Assembly (NCBI GenBank): GCA_937930175.1
Contig: CALGLP010000013.1
Coordinates: 75,764-139,763, forward strand
Source: an uncultured bacterium
GTDB lineage: Bacteria > Omnitrophota > Gorgyraeia > Zapsychrales > Aceulaceae
DNA length: 64,000 nucleotides
Direction of reading: 5' to 3'
In this document: positions 1 through 9,455 of the stretch, in pieces
How positions within the stretch are numbered: the stretch's first letter is position 1
Layout: each line of letters begins with the position of its first letter
Translations under genes and position numbers: made by a program
Notes under the pieces: generated by a model
Databases searched by the model: none
What the model was told of the DNA's origin: nothing
Seen by the model: the letters and a program-made list of their open reading frames with translations, nothing else

Positions 1-2
1 AG

Positions 3-182
3 GGTGCCGCGAGTAATATTGGCGCCAATAAGCTTTGGAAAACTTTTCGCGAGCTCGAAGAAGCGGCAAAGCAAAAAAATTTAAACCACGTTAATGACCT
101 TTTTAAGCGGGCTTCGTTAGAGTTTGTTGAGTTGCAGGAGTATATTGTGCAGCTTAAATCCCAATTGGCTGCGTTAACTTAA
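3..182 (+). CDS. 3' end of an upstream gene (C-terminal fragment, function unknown)
   Basis: An open frame runs in from the window edge to TAA at 180-182. The peptide ends ...LEEAAKQKNLNHVNDLFKRASLEFVELQEYIVQLKSQLAALT. I recognise no family. Confidence 0.3.
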   Translation, partial: GAASNIGANKLWKTFRELEEAAKQKNLNHVNDLFKRASLEFVELQEYIVQLKSQLAALT

Positions 183-196
183 GGAAAAGGAAAACG

Positions 197-811
197 CTAG
201 GGCATCCCTAGGCGTTTCTTGTTTTGAAGATATCCTTCCTTGCCAAGTAAATTCATAATCATCTTGTCTTTACTCTGGCCATTGTCAAAATCATATTCTA
301 AAATCGCAACAAGTTGAAGGACGTTCTTAAAAGGATTCTTGAGCATCCCTGGGTCTTGGGCGGTCATGCCGTCCACAAGATCGACATAATAGTCTGCAGG
401 TTTCTTGATTAAGATTTTTTGGGATTTAAAATAATCAATATACTTAAGGATAATAAAGGCCTTGGGTTCTCTGTCGATGATAAGTGACCAAGCCTTGCTT
501 GATGTCTCTAGGGACTTAAGGATGTCGTTCATTTCCACGATGGATTCTTCACCGGTAGGCTGATAAGGCGCATTAAATGTCGCGCTCACGGGGATTTCTT
601 GATCGATGAAGAAACCTTGTTGTACAATTTGCTCTGCCATGTGTTGTTGCGCTTGTTGTGCCATTTGTTCCGCGATTTGTTGTTCCATGATGGCTTTTTG
701 GATCATTGCCTCTTGCATTTTCTTTTGTTGTTGTACCATTTGGGCAGCTCCAGCCCAGGCGAGATCTTGAGCATTTAAGAGTAGCAGGGCAAATAGGAGC
801 AAGATTTTCAT
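197..811 (-). CDS. secreted hypothetical protein with a Gln/Met/Ala-rich helical region
   Basis: 204-aa ORF. N-terminal signal peptide MKILLLFALLLLNAQDLAWA followed by a Q/M/A-rich low-complexity stretch. 4-nt overlap with the upstream metF. Confidence 0.5.
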   Translation of the reverse strand: MKILLLFALLLLNAQDLAWAGAAQMVQQQKKMQEAMIQKAIMEQQIAEQMAQQAQQHMAEQIVQQGFFIDQEIPVSATFNAPYQPTGEESIVEMNDILKSLETSSKAWSLIIDREPKAFIILKYIDYFKSQKILIKKPADYYVDLVDGMTAQDPGMLKNPFKNVLQLVAILEYDFDNGQSKDKMIMNLLGKEGYLQNKKRLGMP

Positions 812-1698
812 TGCAGTTCCTTGATCTTTGGTAAAATAATATCGAGAGGGTGAATTTTGTTTAAAGGGTAGAAATGAATTCCTGGAGCCCCGCGTTTTAA
901 GAGTTCAACGCATTGATCTACACAAAAATGAATGCCTTCTTGTAGGACAGCGTCTTTATCGTGAGCGATCGGGGCAAAGCGCTTGTGCACTTCTTTAGGA
1001 ATTTTTGTTCCACATTTTTCACAGAAGCGAATAACCCCTTGATAATCTGTAATCGGCAGGATCCCTGGCAAGATCGGATTTTGAATTCCTAAGGCGCGCA
1101 ATCGTTCAACATATGTAAAATAATCTTTGTTGTCAAAAAAGAGTTGTGTGATGACAAAGCTTGCGCCGGCGTCAAGTTTCATTTTTAAATATTGCGCATC
1201 GCGTTGTTTGTCCGGGCATAAGACATGGCCTTCGGGAAAGCCGGCAACGCCGATACAAAAATGTTTGGTGTCGTTTTCATGAATAAAGGCACATAGTTCA
1301 TAGGCGTAGTGAAAATGATCGTGAGTGGGCTGCCAGGTTGGATTATCGGCTGGCGGATCGCCTCTCAGCGCCAAGATATTTTGAATGTCGCGGCGCTTAA
1401 TATCGTCGAGGATGGATGTGATCTGCTCTTTGGTATTGCCAACGCATGTGAGATGGGCTAGGGCTGGAATGCTATGGGTGTCTTGAATATGTTCCACAAT
1501 ATCTAGGGTTTTGTCGCGATTGCCTCCGCCTGCGCCATAGGTGCAGGAAATAAAATCGGGTCTTAATTTTGCTAAAAGGTCAATCGTAGATAAGAGCTTT
1601 TCATATCCTTCGCTTGTTTTAGGAGGAAAAAGTTCGAGGGAAAAAGTTTTTTGTTTCGTGTTAAAGATTTCTGAAAGATGTTTCATCGTAGGAAACAT
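808..1698 (-). CDS. metF: 5,10-methylenetetrahydrofolate reductase
   Basis: 296 aa. MetF-like blocks LELFPPKT...TYGAGG...ALRGDPP...AGFPEGH by recall of the family. Confidence 0.85.
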   Translation of the reverse strand: MFPTMKHLSEIFNTKQKTFSLELFPPKTSEGYEKLLSTIDLLAKLRPDFISCTYGAGGGNRDKTLDIVEHIQDTHSIPALAHLTCVGNTKEQITSILDDIKRRDIQNILALRGDPPADNPTWQPTHDHFHYAYELCAFIHENDTKHFCIGVAGFPEGHVLCPDKQRDAQYLKMKLDAGASFVITQLFFDNKDYFTYVERLRALGIQNPILPGILPITDYQGVIRFCEKCGTKIPKEVHKRFAPIAHDKDAVLQEGIHFCVDQCVELLKRGAPGIHFYPLNKIHPLDIILPKIKELQ

Positions 1699-1730
1699 TA
1701 TAGCATTTGAAGTCTTTGAAGGCTAATTTG

Positions 1731-1759
1731 TTATGCATTTTCAAGAAATTTGATATAAT
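1731..1759 (+). promoter_or_regulatory. candidate sigma70 promoter with extended -10 (TGaTATAAT) for rfbA
   Basis: TGnTATAAT at 1751-1759, about 30 nt upstream of the rfbA ATG. The -35 is weak (TTATGC). Confidence 0.35.
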
Positions 1760-1787
1760 AAACCGACTTTTAACGAAAGGAATTGTC

Positions 1788-2651
1788 ATGAGGGGAATTA
1801 TTCTAGCTGGTGGCAAGGCAACACGTCTTTATCCCATTACGAAGGCCGTTTGTAAGCAGCTCTTGCCGATTTATGATAAGCCGATGATCTATTACCCTTT
1901 GTCTGTTTTGATGCTTGCAGGCATTCGGGATATCCAGATCATTTCGACACCTAAAGACTTGCCTCGGTTCCAGGATTTATTAAAAGAGGGAAAAGATTTT
2001 GGGATCCGTTTAAGCTATGCGTCACAAGAGGAGCCTAATGGCATTGCAGAGGCGTTTCTGATCGCAGAAGATTTTATTGGGAGAGATAGGGTTTGCTTGA
2101 TCTTAGGCGACAATGTCTTTTTTGGCCAAGGTCTTTCAGGGATTCTGCAAAAAGCCGCAAATCAGAAGAAGGGTGCGACAATTTTTGGTTATTATGTCAA
2201 CAATCCTCAGAGTTATGGTGTCCTTGCTTTAGATAAGCATAATAAAATCCTTTCGATTGAAGAAAAACCTAAGAAACCAAAATCTCATTATGCTGTGACG
2301 GGGCTTTATTTTTATGACAATGATGTTGTTAATATTGCGAAGAAGATTAAACCGTCGAAGCGTGGCGAGAAGGAAATTACGGATGTCAACTTGGCCTATT
2401 TCAAAAAAGGTGATTTACATGTTGAGCTTTTAGGACGCGGACATGCGTGGCTTGATACCGGGACTTATGAATCTTTGATTGAAGCATCTGTTTTTATCAA
2501 AACCATTGAGCAGCGTCAAGGGCTCAAAATTGGGTGCTTGGAAGAAGTGGCGTATCACAAGGGCTTTATTTCCAAAGAAAAATTGGTTTGTTTGGCTCAA
2601 GAGTTTCACACCAGTTATGGCGAATATTTATTAAAGGTTGCAAGCGAATAG
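1788..2651 (+). CDS. rfbA: glucose-1-phosphate thymidylyltransferase
   Basis: [18 protein letters not shown]... nucleotidyltransferase signature and RmlA-like length. The start was moved to the internal ATG at 1788. Confidence 0.9.
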   Translation: MRGIILAGGKATRLYPITKAVCKQLLPIYDKPMIYYPLSVLMLAGIRDIQIISTPKDLPRFQDLLKEGKDFGIRLSYASQEEPNGIAEAFLIAEDFIGRDRVCLILGDNVFFGQGLSGILQKAANQKKGATIFGYYVNNPQSYGVLALDKHNKILSIEEKPKKPKSHYAVTGLYFYDNDVVNIAKKIKPSKRGEKEITDVNLAYFKKGDLHVELLGRGHAWLDTGTYESLIEASVFIKTIEQRQGLKIGCLEEVAYHKGFISKEKLVCLAQEFHTSYGEYLLKVASE

Positions 2652-2662
2652 GAGTAAGGTTT

Positions 2663-3223
2663 ATGCCATTTGATTTTCAATCTTTTGATATCCCTGGATT
2701 GTTGTTGGTTACCCCTAGGGTTTATAGCGATGATCGGGGATTCTTTAAGGAGATTTATAAATTCTCAGAATTTTTTGCCGCTGGGATCCAAAAACCTTTT
2801 GTTCAGGCCAATCATTCGTTGTCCAAGAAAAATACCCTGCGTGGCCTGCATTATCAAAAGAAACCTTTTGCTCAAGCCAAGCTCGTGCGAGTTTTGCGAG
2901 GTGAGATTTTTGATGTTGCGGTGGATATCCGCAGGGGATCTCCATTTTATGGAAAATACGTGAGCGTCTCTTTGAGTGCTGATCGTGCCAAGATGTTTTT
3001 TATTCCTGAAGGGTTTGCGCATGGGTTTCTGACCTTGTCCGAGGAAGCTGAGGTGGAATATCTTTGTTCTGAGGTGTATTCACCTCAACATGAACAAGGC
3101 ATTATGTTTAATGATCCCACTTTGAATATTTCCTGGCCTTTAAAAACTCCAATTCTTTCTAAGAAAGATAGCCTTTATCCTGCGTTCAAGCATGCGGATA
3201 ATCATTTTATCTTTGCGAAATGA
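2663..3223 (+). CDS. rfbC: dTDP-4-dehydrorhamnose 3,5-epimerase
   Basis: Cupin-fold RmlC motifs (RGLHYQ, FIPEGFAHGF). ATG at 2663 is preceded by GGAG. Confidence 0.9.
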   Translation: MPFDFQSFDIPGLLLVTPRVYSDDRGFFKEIYKFSEFFAAGIQKPFVQANHSLSKKNTLRGLHYQKKPFAQAKLVRVLRGEIFDVAVDIRRGSPFYGKYVSVSLSADRAKMFFIPEGFAHGFLTLSEEAEVEYLCSEVYSPQHEQGIMFNDPTLNISWPLKTPILSKKDSLYPAFKHADNHFIFAK

Positions 3224-3939
3224 GAAAAAAGATGATCACAAAAGCAGAGTTTGAAAGTAGCGCTACGGGTCAAGAAATTTATCGAGTTGAAGGCGTAAGA
3301 GATTTTAAGGCCTTGGAAGAAGAATTGGCGGCGTGCCCATATCATGTGATCGTAAAGGTCGACTCTGCAGAGACTGATGCGATTCGTTTCTTAGCTTCCC
3401 AAGGGTTTTGTTACAACTCAACGATTTTGCATTTAAAGCGCGATCTTCAAGATGTTATTTGTGCGGAAAATAAAAAGATTCAAAAGCTTTCCTTAGCCCA
3501 CCAAGACCAATTGTTTAAGATTTGTGATGAGGCATTTTGTCATAATCAAAATCGATACACCGACGATCCTTTATTAAGAAATTTTTGCGCGCAGATTCAT
3601 CGCGCGTGGATCTTAAATAGCCTCAACGGATTTGCAGATTATAACATTGGTTATTTTGAGCAGGAAAGCCTTGCAGGTTTTGGGACGCTGCACTTTAAAG
3701 AAGAGTGCGCGATCATTGGCTTGATCGCAACAGAGCAAAGTTATCGCGGAAAAGGGATTGGCACGCACGTGGTTCAGGGTCTTATTGCTTATGCGATTCA
3801 GAATCAGAAAAAAATACTGATTGTGAAGACCCAGGCAACAAATGTTTTTGCGCTTAACCTTTATGGTCGTAATGGTTTTTTTCTTTTTGGTTCTGAGGTG
3901 ACTTTGTACCGTGAAAGGCGAAATGTTTTAGCGCCATGA
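3220..3939 (+). CDS. GNAT-family acetyltransferase (WecD-like two-domain architecture)
   Basis: C-terminal acetyl-CoA motif RGKGIGTHVV. N-terminal extra domain as in dTDP-aminosugar N-acetyltransferases. ATGA overlap with rfbC. Confidence 0.6.
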   Translation: MRKKMITKAEFESSATGQEIYRVEGVRDFKALEEELAACPYHVIVKVDSAETDAIRFLASQGFCYNSTILHLKRDLQDVICAENKKIQKLSLAHQDQLFKICDEAFCHNQNRYTDDPLLRNFCAQIHRAWILNSLNGFADYNIGYFEQESLAGFGTLHFKEECAIIGLIATEQSYRGKGIGTHVVQGLIAYAIQNQKKILIVKTQATNVFALNLYGRNGFFLFGSEVTLYRERRNVLAP

Positions 3940-4787
3940 AGAATCGATTTCTTGTGTTAGGATCCACGGGGCAACTTGGTAGGGCTTTTCAGAAAGCGTT
4001 AACCAGGGAAGATGAAAAACATTTTTTCCTATCCCACCAAGATTTAGATATCACCGATATCGATAAGCTTACTCGCTGTATCAAAGAGATCAAGCCAACC
4101 GTTGTGATTAATTGCACGGCTTACAATGATGTTGATCTGGCGGAGAAGAAAAGTGAGGACGCTTTTCGTATCAATGCGACGGCGGTTCAAAATCTTGCGG
4201 ATGTCGCCCATAAAAGTAATATTTTTTTGATTCATTACAGCACAGACTATGTCTTTGATGGCGCGAAGCATACTCTTTACACCGAACAAGATACGCCAAG
4301 CCCTCTGAATTGCTATGGCCAAAGCAAGCTCGCCGGAGAGAGGGCGCTTGAAGGAATTTTAAAGGATTATCTTCTTTTTCGTGTTAGTTGGGTTTTCGGA
4401 AAAGGCGAGCGTAATTTCCTCGCCAAGGCCACCAAGTGGGCGAGCGCGCAAAAGGAAATACGTATTGCCCAAGATGAAGTCTCCATCCCCACTTTTACCG
4501 ACGATATTGTGAATGCTACGCTTTTGGCTTGTACAAAAGGCATGAGCGGGCTTTATCATCTGACCAATACGGAGCATTGTTCGCGTTATGATTGGGTAAG
4601 ATTCTACTTTGAAAAAAAAGGCTTTAATAATAGAATAATACCTGTTTCGTCGGATGATTTTCACCTCGCAGCCAAACGGCCAAAATTTTCAGCCATGGCC
4701 AACAGCCAGTTGTGTTTGGCTTTGAAAAGCAGTATTCCGTCTTGGCAAGAGGCGGTCATGCGTTTTGTTCAAATGGAGGAAAAATAA
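3936..4787 (+). CDS. rfbD: dTDP-4-dehydrorhamnose reductase
   Basis: N-terminal Rossmann LVLGSTGQLG and RmlD-like length. 4-nt overlap with the upstream gene. Confidence 0.85.
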   Translation: MKNRFLVLGSTGQLGRAFQKALTREDEKHFFLSHQDLDITDIDKLTRCIKEIKPTVVINCTAYNDVDLAEKKSEDAFRINATAVQNLADVAHKSNIFLIHYSTDYVFDGAKHTLYTEQDTPSPLNCYGQSKLAGERALEGILKDYLLFRVSWVFGKGERNFLAKATKWASAQKEIRIAQDEVSIPTFTDDIVNATLLACTKGMSGLYHLTNTEHCSRYDWVRFYFEKKGFNNRIIPVSSDDFHLAAKRPKFSAMANSQLCLALKSSIPSWQEAVMRFVQMEEK

Positions 4788-4791
4788 TTTT

Positions 4792-6021
4792 ATGAAAGTC
4801 CCTTTCGGAACCATTAATATTAATCAGCGGGCTAAGGATTTGGTGAATGAGGTTTTAGATTCTGGGCGTGTCTCAAATGGTAAATTTGTTGGTGAATTTG
4901 AAGAGCGTTTTGCGAAGCTTGTGAATGCCAAGGAGGCGATTGCCGTGAGCAGCGGTACGGATGCTGATATCATTGCGCTAGCGGTGCTGTATGATTTCGG
5001 GGCCCAGCGTGGTGATGAGGTTATTGTCCCGGCACTTTCGTTTGTGGCTACAGGCAATGCTGTCTTGCATGCAGGATTTGCGCCGGTCTTTGTTGATATT
5101 GAGCGGGAGACGTTAAATATTGATCCCTCAAAGATTGAAGCGGCCATTACCTCAAGGACGCGCGCAATCATGCCTGTTCATCTGATGGGTAAGCCTGCGA
5201 AGATGGATGCTATTATGAAGATTGCCAAAAAACATCATCTTCTTGTTGTTGAAGATGCCGCAGAAGCCCATGGCGCTGTTTATCAAGGGAAAAAAGTTGG
5301 AGAGTGGGGAGATCTTGCAGCCTACAGCGTTTATTTAGCGCATATCATTACAGCTGTTGAAGGTGGAGTTGTGACGACCAATAATGAAAAGATGGCGGAA
5401 ATTGTGCGGTCACTGCGCTGTCATGGCAGGGCCTGCAAATGTAAGGTTTGTGTGGTCAATACGTCTAATAGCTATTGTGAGAAACGTTTTGCCAAGGGAA
5501 AAGATATTCGTTTTATTTTTGAGCGCGTTGGCTATTCGTCGAAAATGAATGAGCTTGAAGCCGCGGTTGGTTTGGCGAGTCTTGATCTTTATCCGGAAAC
5601 GATTGCGAAGCGACATCATAATCTCATCACCATGATCGAACGTTTAAAAGAGTTTGAGTCCTTTTTGACAACGATCAAAGAAGAGCCAGGAGAAATCATT
5701 GGCCCTCATGCTTTTCCTATGATTGTGAAAGAAGGTGCACCGTTTACACGCGATGAGCTTGTTGATTATTTAGACAAGCATGACATTGACACCCGTGATC
5801 TTTTTTCCTCGATGCCAACGCAGTGCCCAGGCTTTGCTTTCCTTGGATTAAGACAGGGTGATTTTCCCCATGCAGAGTTTATTGGCAACAACGGTCTTCA
5901 CATTGGTGTGCATCAGGATATTCATCAGGAACATATTGATTATGTCATGAAAACGATCAAGGATTTTATTGCTCTAAAGACGGTGGGTGTTAAAGCGATA
6001 GCGAGGAAAAAGAAGGTGTAG
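4792..6021 (+). CDS. DegT/DnrJ/EryC1-family PLP/PMP enzyme, predicted sugar 3-dehydratase (E1/ColD/SpnQ-like, His in place of the catalytic Lys, Cys-rich insert)
   Basis: Gapless alignment of SVYLAHIITAVEGGVVTTN...RSLRCHG onto the DegT block SFHAIKNITCAEGGIVVT...RSLKFHG puts His where the Schiff-base Lys sits. C-x-C lies 31 and 33 residues after that His, in RCHGRACKCKVCVVNTSNSYC. Confidence 0.8.
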   Translation: MKVPFGTININQRAKDLVNEVLDSGRVSNGKFVGEFEERFAKLVNAKEAIAVSSGTDADIIALAVLYDFGAQRGDEVIVPALSFVATGNAVLHAGFAPVFVDIERETLNIDPSKIEAAITSRTRAIMPVHLMGKPAKMDAIMKIAKKHHLLVVEDAAEAHGAVYQGKKVGEWGDLAAYSVYLAHIITAVEGGVVTTNNEKMAEIVRSLRCHGRACKCKVCVVNTSNSYCEKRFAKGKDIRFIFERVGYSSKMNELEAAVGLASLDLYPETIAKRHHNLITMIERLKEFESFLTTIKEEPGEIIGPHAFPMIVKEGAPFTRDELVDYLDKHDIDTRDLFSSMPTQCPGFAFLGLRQGDFPHAEFIGNNGLHIGVHQDIHQEHIDYVMKTIKDFIALKTVGVKAIARKKKV

Positions 6022-6047
6022 TTTTTTGTATTCTATTTGGAGGTTTT

Positions 6048-6746
6048 ATGAGTATGAAGCTTTCTGTTCTTATTCCCTGCTATAATGAAAAAAATACGAT
6101 CGCGGCACTTATTGACGTTGTCCGCAACTCTCCGTATGGGAATAAAGAAATCATTGTGATTGATGATTGTTCTAGCGATGGAACGCGTGAGCTGCTTAAG
6201 GGTGGCTTAGGGGTTAAGGTCGACAAGGTGATTTATCAGGATCGAAACTTAGGCAAAGGAGCAGCCCTTAGGGCGGGTATCAAGGAAGCATCCGGAGATA
6301 TTGTGATCGTTCAGGATGCCGATTTGGAGTATGACCCTGGTGAATATCTTAAGGTTATTTCACCGATTTTGCAGAATAAGGCCGATGTGGTTTTTGGTTC
6401 TCGCTTTATTAGCGGTGAGCCTCATCGCGTTGTCTATTTTTGGCACATGGTCGGTAACAGCTTTCTGACGTTATTATCGAATATTTTTACTAATCTTAAT
6501 CTGACGGACATTGAAACCTGTTACAAGGCCTTTCGACGGGAAATCATCCAATCTATCAAGATTGAGGAGGATCGTTTTGGTTTTGAGCCAGAGATTACGG
6601 CAAAAATCGCTAAGAAAAAATGTCGTATTTATGAGGTTGGGATTTCTTATTACGGCCGAACTTATGAAGAAGGCAAGAAGATTGGCTGGAAAGATGGCGT
6701 GCGGGCCATTTATTGTATTTTTAAGTACAATCTTTTTCGGCACTAG
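6048..6746 (+). CDS. family 2 glycosyltransferase (polyprenyl-phosphate sugar transferase-like)
   Basis: LSVLIPCYNE...VIDDCSSDGT...DADL GT2 motifs. The start may instead be the ATG at 6054. Confidence 0.8.
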   Translation: MSMKLSVLIPCYNEKNTIAALIDVVRNSPYGNKEIIVIDDCSSDGTRELLKGGLGVKVDKVIYQDRNLGKGAALRAGIKEASGDIVIVQDADLEYDPGEYLKVISPILQNKADVVFGSRFISGEPHRVVYFWHMVGNSFLTLLSNIFTNLNLTDIETCYKAFRREIIQSIKIEEDRFGFEPEITAKIAKKKCRIYEVGISYYGRTYEEGKKIGWKDGVRAIYCIFKYNLFRH

Positions 6747-6773
6747 GCGACGTGTGCGCACAAGGAGCTTTGG

Positions 6774-7520
6774 ATGATTGAAAATAAAAAAGTTGTTGTT
6801 GTTCTGCCAGCATATAACGCGGAAAAAACGCTGCAACGCACCTATGACGAGATTCCTAAAGGTATCGTCGATGAAGTGATTTTGGTGGATGATCATTCGG
6901 GGGATAAAACCGCTGAGCTTGCTCGACAACTTGGCATTGAGGTGATTGTTCATCCTGAAAATAGAGGTTATGGTGGCAACCAAAAGACATGCTACCAGGA
7001 AGCCCTGAAAAGAGGAGCAGATATTGTTGTGATGTTGCATCCAGATTATCAATATCCTCCAAAACTTGTGGCTCCTATGGCTTCGTTGATTGCCTCGGGG
7101 ATGTTTGATGTGGTTTTGGGGTCGCGTATTTTAGGTGGATACGCGATTAAAGGGGGAATGCCTTTTTATAAATATGTTGCCAATAGGCTGCTGACAGCTT
7201 TTGAGAATATTTTGACAGGGCAGAAGCTTTCAGAGTACCACACAGGGTTTCGCGCTTATTCAAAAGCTGTGCTTGAGCGTATTTGTTTTGAACGCAATTC
7301 CGATGATTTTGTTTTTGATAATGAAATGCTGACACAGATCTTTTATTTTCAATACCGCATTGGAGAAATTAGCTCGCCGTGTTCCTATAACCAAGACTGT
7401 TCTTCGATTAGTTTTCGTCGGAGTGTTATTTATGGGCTGGCTGTTGTGAAGACGACGCTACGCTTTTTCTTGGCAAAACACAAAATGGTGCGTGACCCTC
7501 TGTTTGATCCCAAGATATGA
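6774..7520 (+). CDS. family 2 glycosyltransferase (dolichyl-phosphate mannose synthase-like)
   Basis: VVLPAYNAE...LVDDHSGDKT...GNQKT motifs. AGGAG RBS. Confidence 0.8.
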   Translation: MIENKKVVVVLPAYNAEKTLQRTYDEIPKGIVDEVILVDDHSGDKTAELARQLGIEVIVHPENRGYGGNQKTCYQEALKRGADIVVMLHPDYQYPPKLVAPMASLIASGMFDVVLGSRILGGYAIKGGMPFYKYVANRLLTAFENILTGQKLSEYHTGFRAYSKAVLERICFERNSDDFVFDNEMLTQIFYFQYRIGEISSPCSYNQDCSSISFRRSVIYGLAVVKTTLRFFLAKHKMVRDPLFDPKI

Positions 7521-8050
7521 GCTTTCTTAAATTGGTTCGACAGCGACAAAGTTGCCGTAGCTATGCTAAGACGCCCGTGTCGCAGGAAGCACTTGCGCGC
7601 TGCCTCGAGGCAGCGCGCCTTTCACCTTCGGCGTGCAATTCCCAGGCCTGGCGTTTTATTATTGTCAGCGATCCGGTGTTGCGCGTGCGTCTGGCCGAAA
7701 AGGCTTTTGGCGGTGTTTATGCCATGAACGCTTTTGCCAGGGAAGCCCCAGTGTTGGTTGTTGTGGTTACCGAGCGTTCCAAGTATGTTGCGCAAGTTGC
7801 CGGCGCGACACGCGGTACGCAATACAATTTGATTGATATTGGCATCGTGTGTGAGCATTTTATTCTCCAGGCGACGGAAGAGGGTCTGGGCACTTGCTGG
7901 ATCGGCTGGTTTGACCAGAAAGGTGTCCGTGAGGTTCTTGGATTATCTAAAAAAGACTCACTTGATATCATGATCAGTGTCGGTTTTCCTTTAGATACCC
8001 CGCGAGAAAAAGTGCGTAAGGATATTAAAGATGTGGGCGAGACAAGATAG
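7517..8050 (+). CDS. nitroreductase-family flavoprotein
   Basis: RQSCRSY...SPSACNSQAWRF nitroreductase motif. ATATGA overlap with the upstream GT2. Confidence 0.75.
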   Translation: MSFLKLVRQRQSCRSYAKTPVSQEALARCLEAARLSPSACNSQAWRFIIVSDPVLRVRLAEKAFGGVYAMNAFAREAPVLVVVVTERSKYVAQVAGATRGTQYNLIDIGIVCEHFILQATEEGLGTCWIGWFDQKGVREVLGLSKKDSLDIMISVGFPLDTPREKVRKDIKDVGETR

Positions 8051-8116
8051 AGATCCACAGCAACAAGAGTACAAGCTACAAAAAGAATTACAATTTATCC
8101 TGACAGCACTGAAGAC

Positions 8117-8144
8117 CACGCGTCATTGACAAACCATCAGAAAT
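8117..8144 (+). promoter_or_regulatory. sigma70 promoter for pgk (consensus -35 and -10)
   Basis: TTGACA at 8117-8122, 16-nt spacer, TATAAT at 8139-8144, about 85 nt upstream of the pgk ATG. Confidence 0.55.
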
Positions 8145-8227
8145 ATATATAATATTCCTAATTTTACTAAAGCATTTTCTTCACGTGAAATCATTCAGAG
8201 GCCCCTATTAACCCAAGGAAGGTTTTT

Positions 8228-9409
8228 ATGAGCAAGATGACCATTAAGGATTTAAGTGTTAAGGGTAAGAGAGTTATCATTCGCGCGGATTTTAATGTCC
8301 CGCTGGATAAGAGTCTTAAAATTACCGACGACAGGCGTATTCAAAGTTCGCTGCCAACGATTCGTTACGTCCTTGAACAAGGTGCCGCGAAAGTTATTTT
8401 GATGAGTCATTTGGGCCGTCCGGATGGGGCTGTCTTGGAGGAGGCGCGATTAACGCCTGTGGCCAAACGTCTCGCCGAGCTCTTAAACGAAAAAGTTTTA
8501 AAACTTGATGATTGTATAGGTGAGGATGTCAAGGCCAAAATCGCGGCGAGTCACGAGCGTGTTGTCTTACTGGAAAATCTCCGTTTTCATAAACAAGAAA
8601 AGAAAAATGACCCTGCCTTTGCTAAGGAACTCGCTTCCTTGGCGGATGTTTATGTCGATGATGCCTTTGGCTGTGCGCATCGTGCGGATGCCTCGGTTTC
8701 AGCGATTACCCAATATTTGCCTTCGGTGGCAGGTTTTTTGATTGAGAAAGAAATTCAATATTTGGGCCAGGCGGTTAATAATCCCAAGAAGCCGTTTGTG
8801 GTGATTTTAGGCGGCGCCAAGGTGTCGGATAAGATCGCTTTAGTGGAGAATCTTTTAAAAAAGGCGGATGCGATCTTGATTGGCGGAGGCATGGCATATA
8901 CTTTCCTTAAATCGTTAGGAAAAAATATTGGTAATTCAAAATTGGAAGCGGATAAAGTGGACATGGCTCGATCGCTGCTCGAGAAGGCCAAGCAAATGAA
9001 TGTCCAGATTGTTTTAAGCTCGGATTTTGTGATTACCCAGGGCTTTGATAAGCCGGAAACCAAAAAGATTTCAGCCGATATTCCCGATGGATGGGAAGGC
9101 TTGGATATTGGGCCTGAAACACGCAAAGCGTTTAAGAAAGTTTTGTCCACGGCAAAAACCATTGTTTGGAATGGGCCGGTGGGTGTTTTTGAAATTGATG
9201 CTTACGCGCAAGGGACCAAGGAAATCGCGGAATATTTAGCTACTTTAAAGGGTGCTATCACCATTGTGGGCGGCGGGGACTCGGCGGCTGCGGTTAGTAA
9301 ATTTGGTGTTGAGGATTCGATGTCACATATTTCCACAGGGGGGGGAGCATCGCTCGAATTTCTAGAAGGCAAAGAGCTTCCTGGTATTGCCGCGTTGAAT
9401 AATAAATAG
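8228..9409 (+). CDS. pgk: phosphoglycerate kinase
   Basis: 393 aa with clear PGK signatures along the full length. Confidence 0.95.
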   Translation: MSKMTIKDLSVKGKRVIIRADFNVPLDKSLKITDDRRIQSSLPTIRYVLEQGAAKVILMSHLGRPDGAVLEEARLTPVAKRLAELLNEKVLKLDDCIGEDVKAKIAASHERVVLLENLRFHKQEKKNDPAFAKELASLADVYVDDAFGCAHRADASVSAITQYLPSVAGFLIEKEIQYLGQAVNNPKKPFVVILGGAKVSDKIALVENLLKKADAILIGGGMAYTFLKSLGKNIGNSKLEADKVDMARSLLEKAKQMNVQIVLSSDFVITQGFDKPETKKISADIPDGWEGLDIGPETRKAFKKVLSTAKTIVWNGPVGVFEIDAYAQGTKEIAEYLATLKGAITIVGGGDSAAAVSKFGVEDSMSHISTGGGASLEFLEGKELPGIAALNNK

Positions 9410-9420
9410 AAAAAAGTGGA

Positions 9421-9448
9421 TAGTATTTAGTATATAGTATATAGAAGG
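9421..9448. repeat. left inverted repeat of GTATAT hexamers flanking the four-helix-bundle cassette
   Basis: tagtatttaGTATATaGTATATag. Its reverse-complement partner is at 9831-9859. Confidence 0.5.
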
Positions 9449-9455
9449 TTGATGG

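Noticed and set aside
6474-7052. 192-aa minus-strand ORF
   Set aside because: Lies antisense across two well-supported GT2 genes and has no RBS or recognisable family. It is a shadow ORF.
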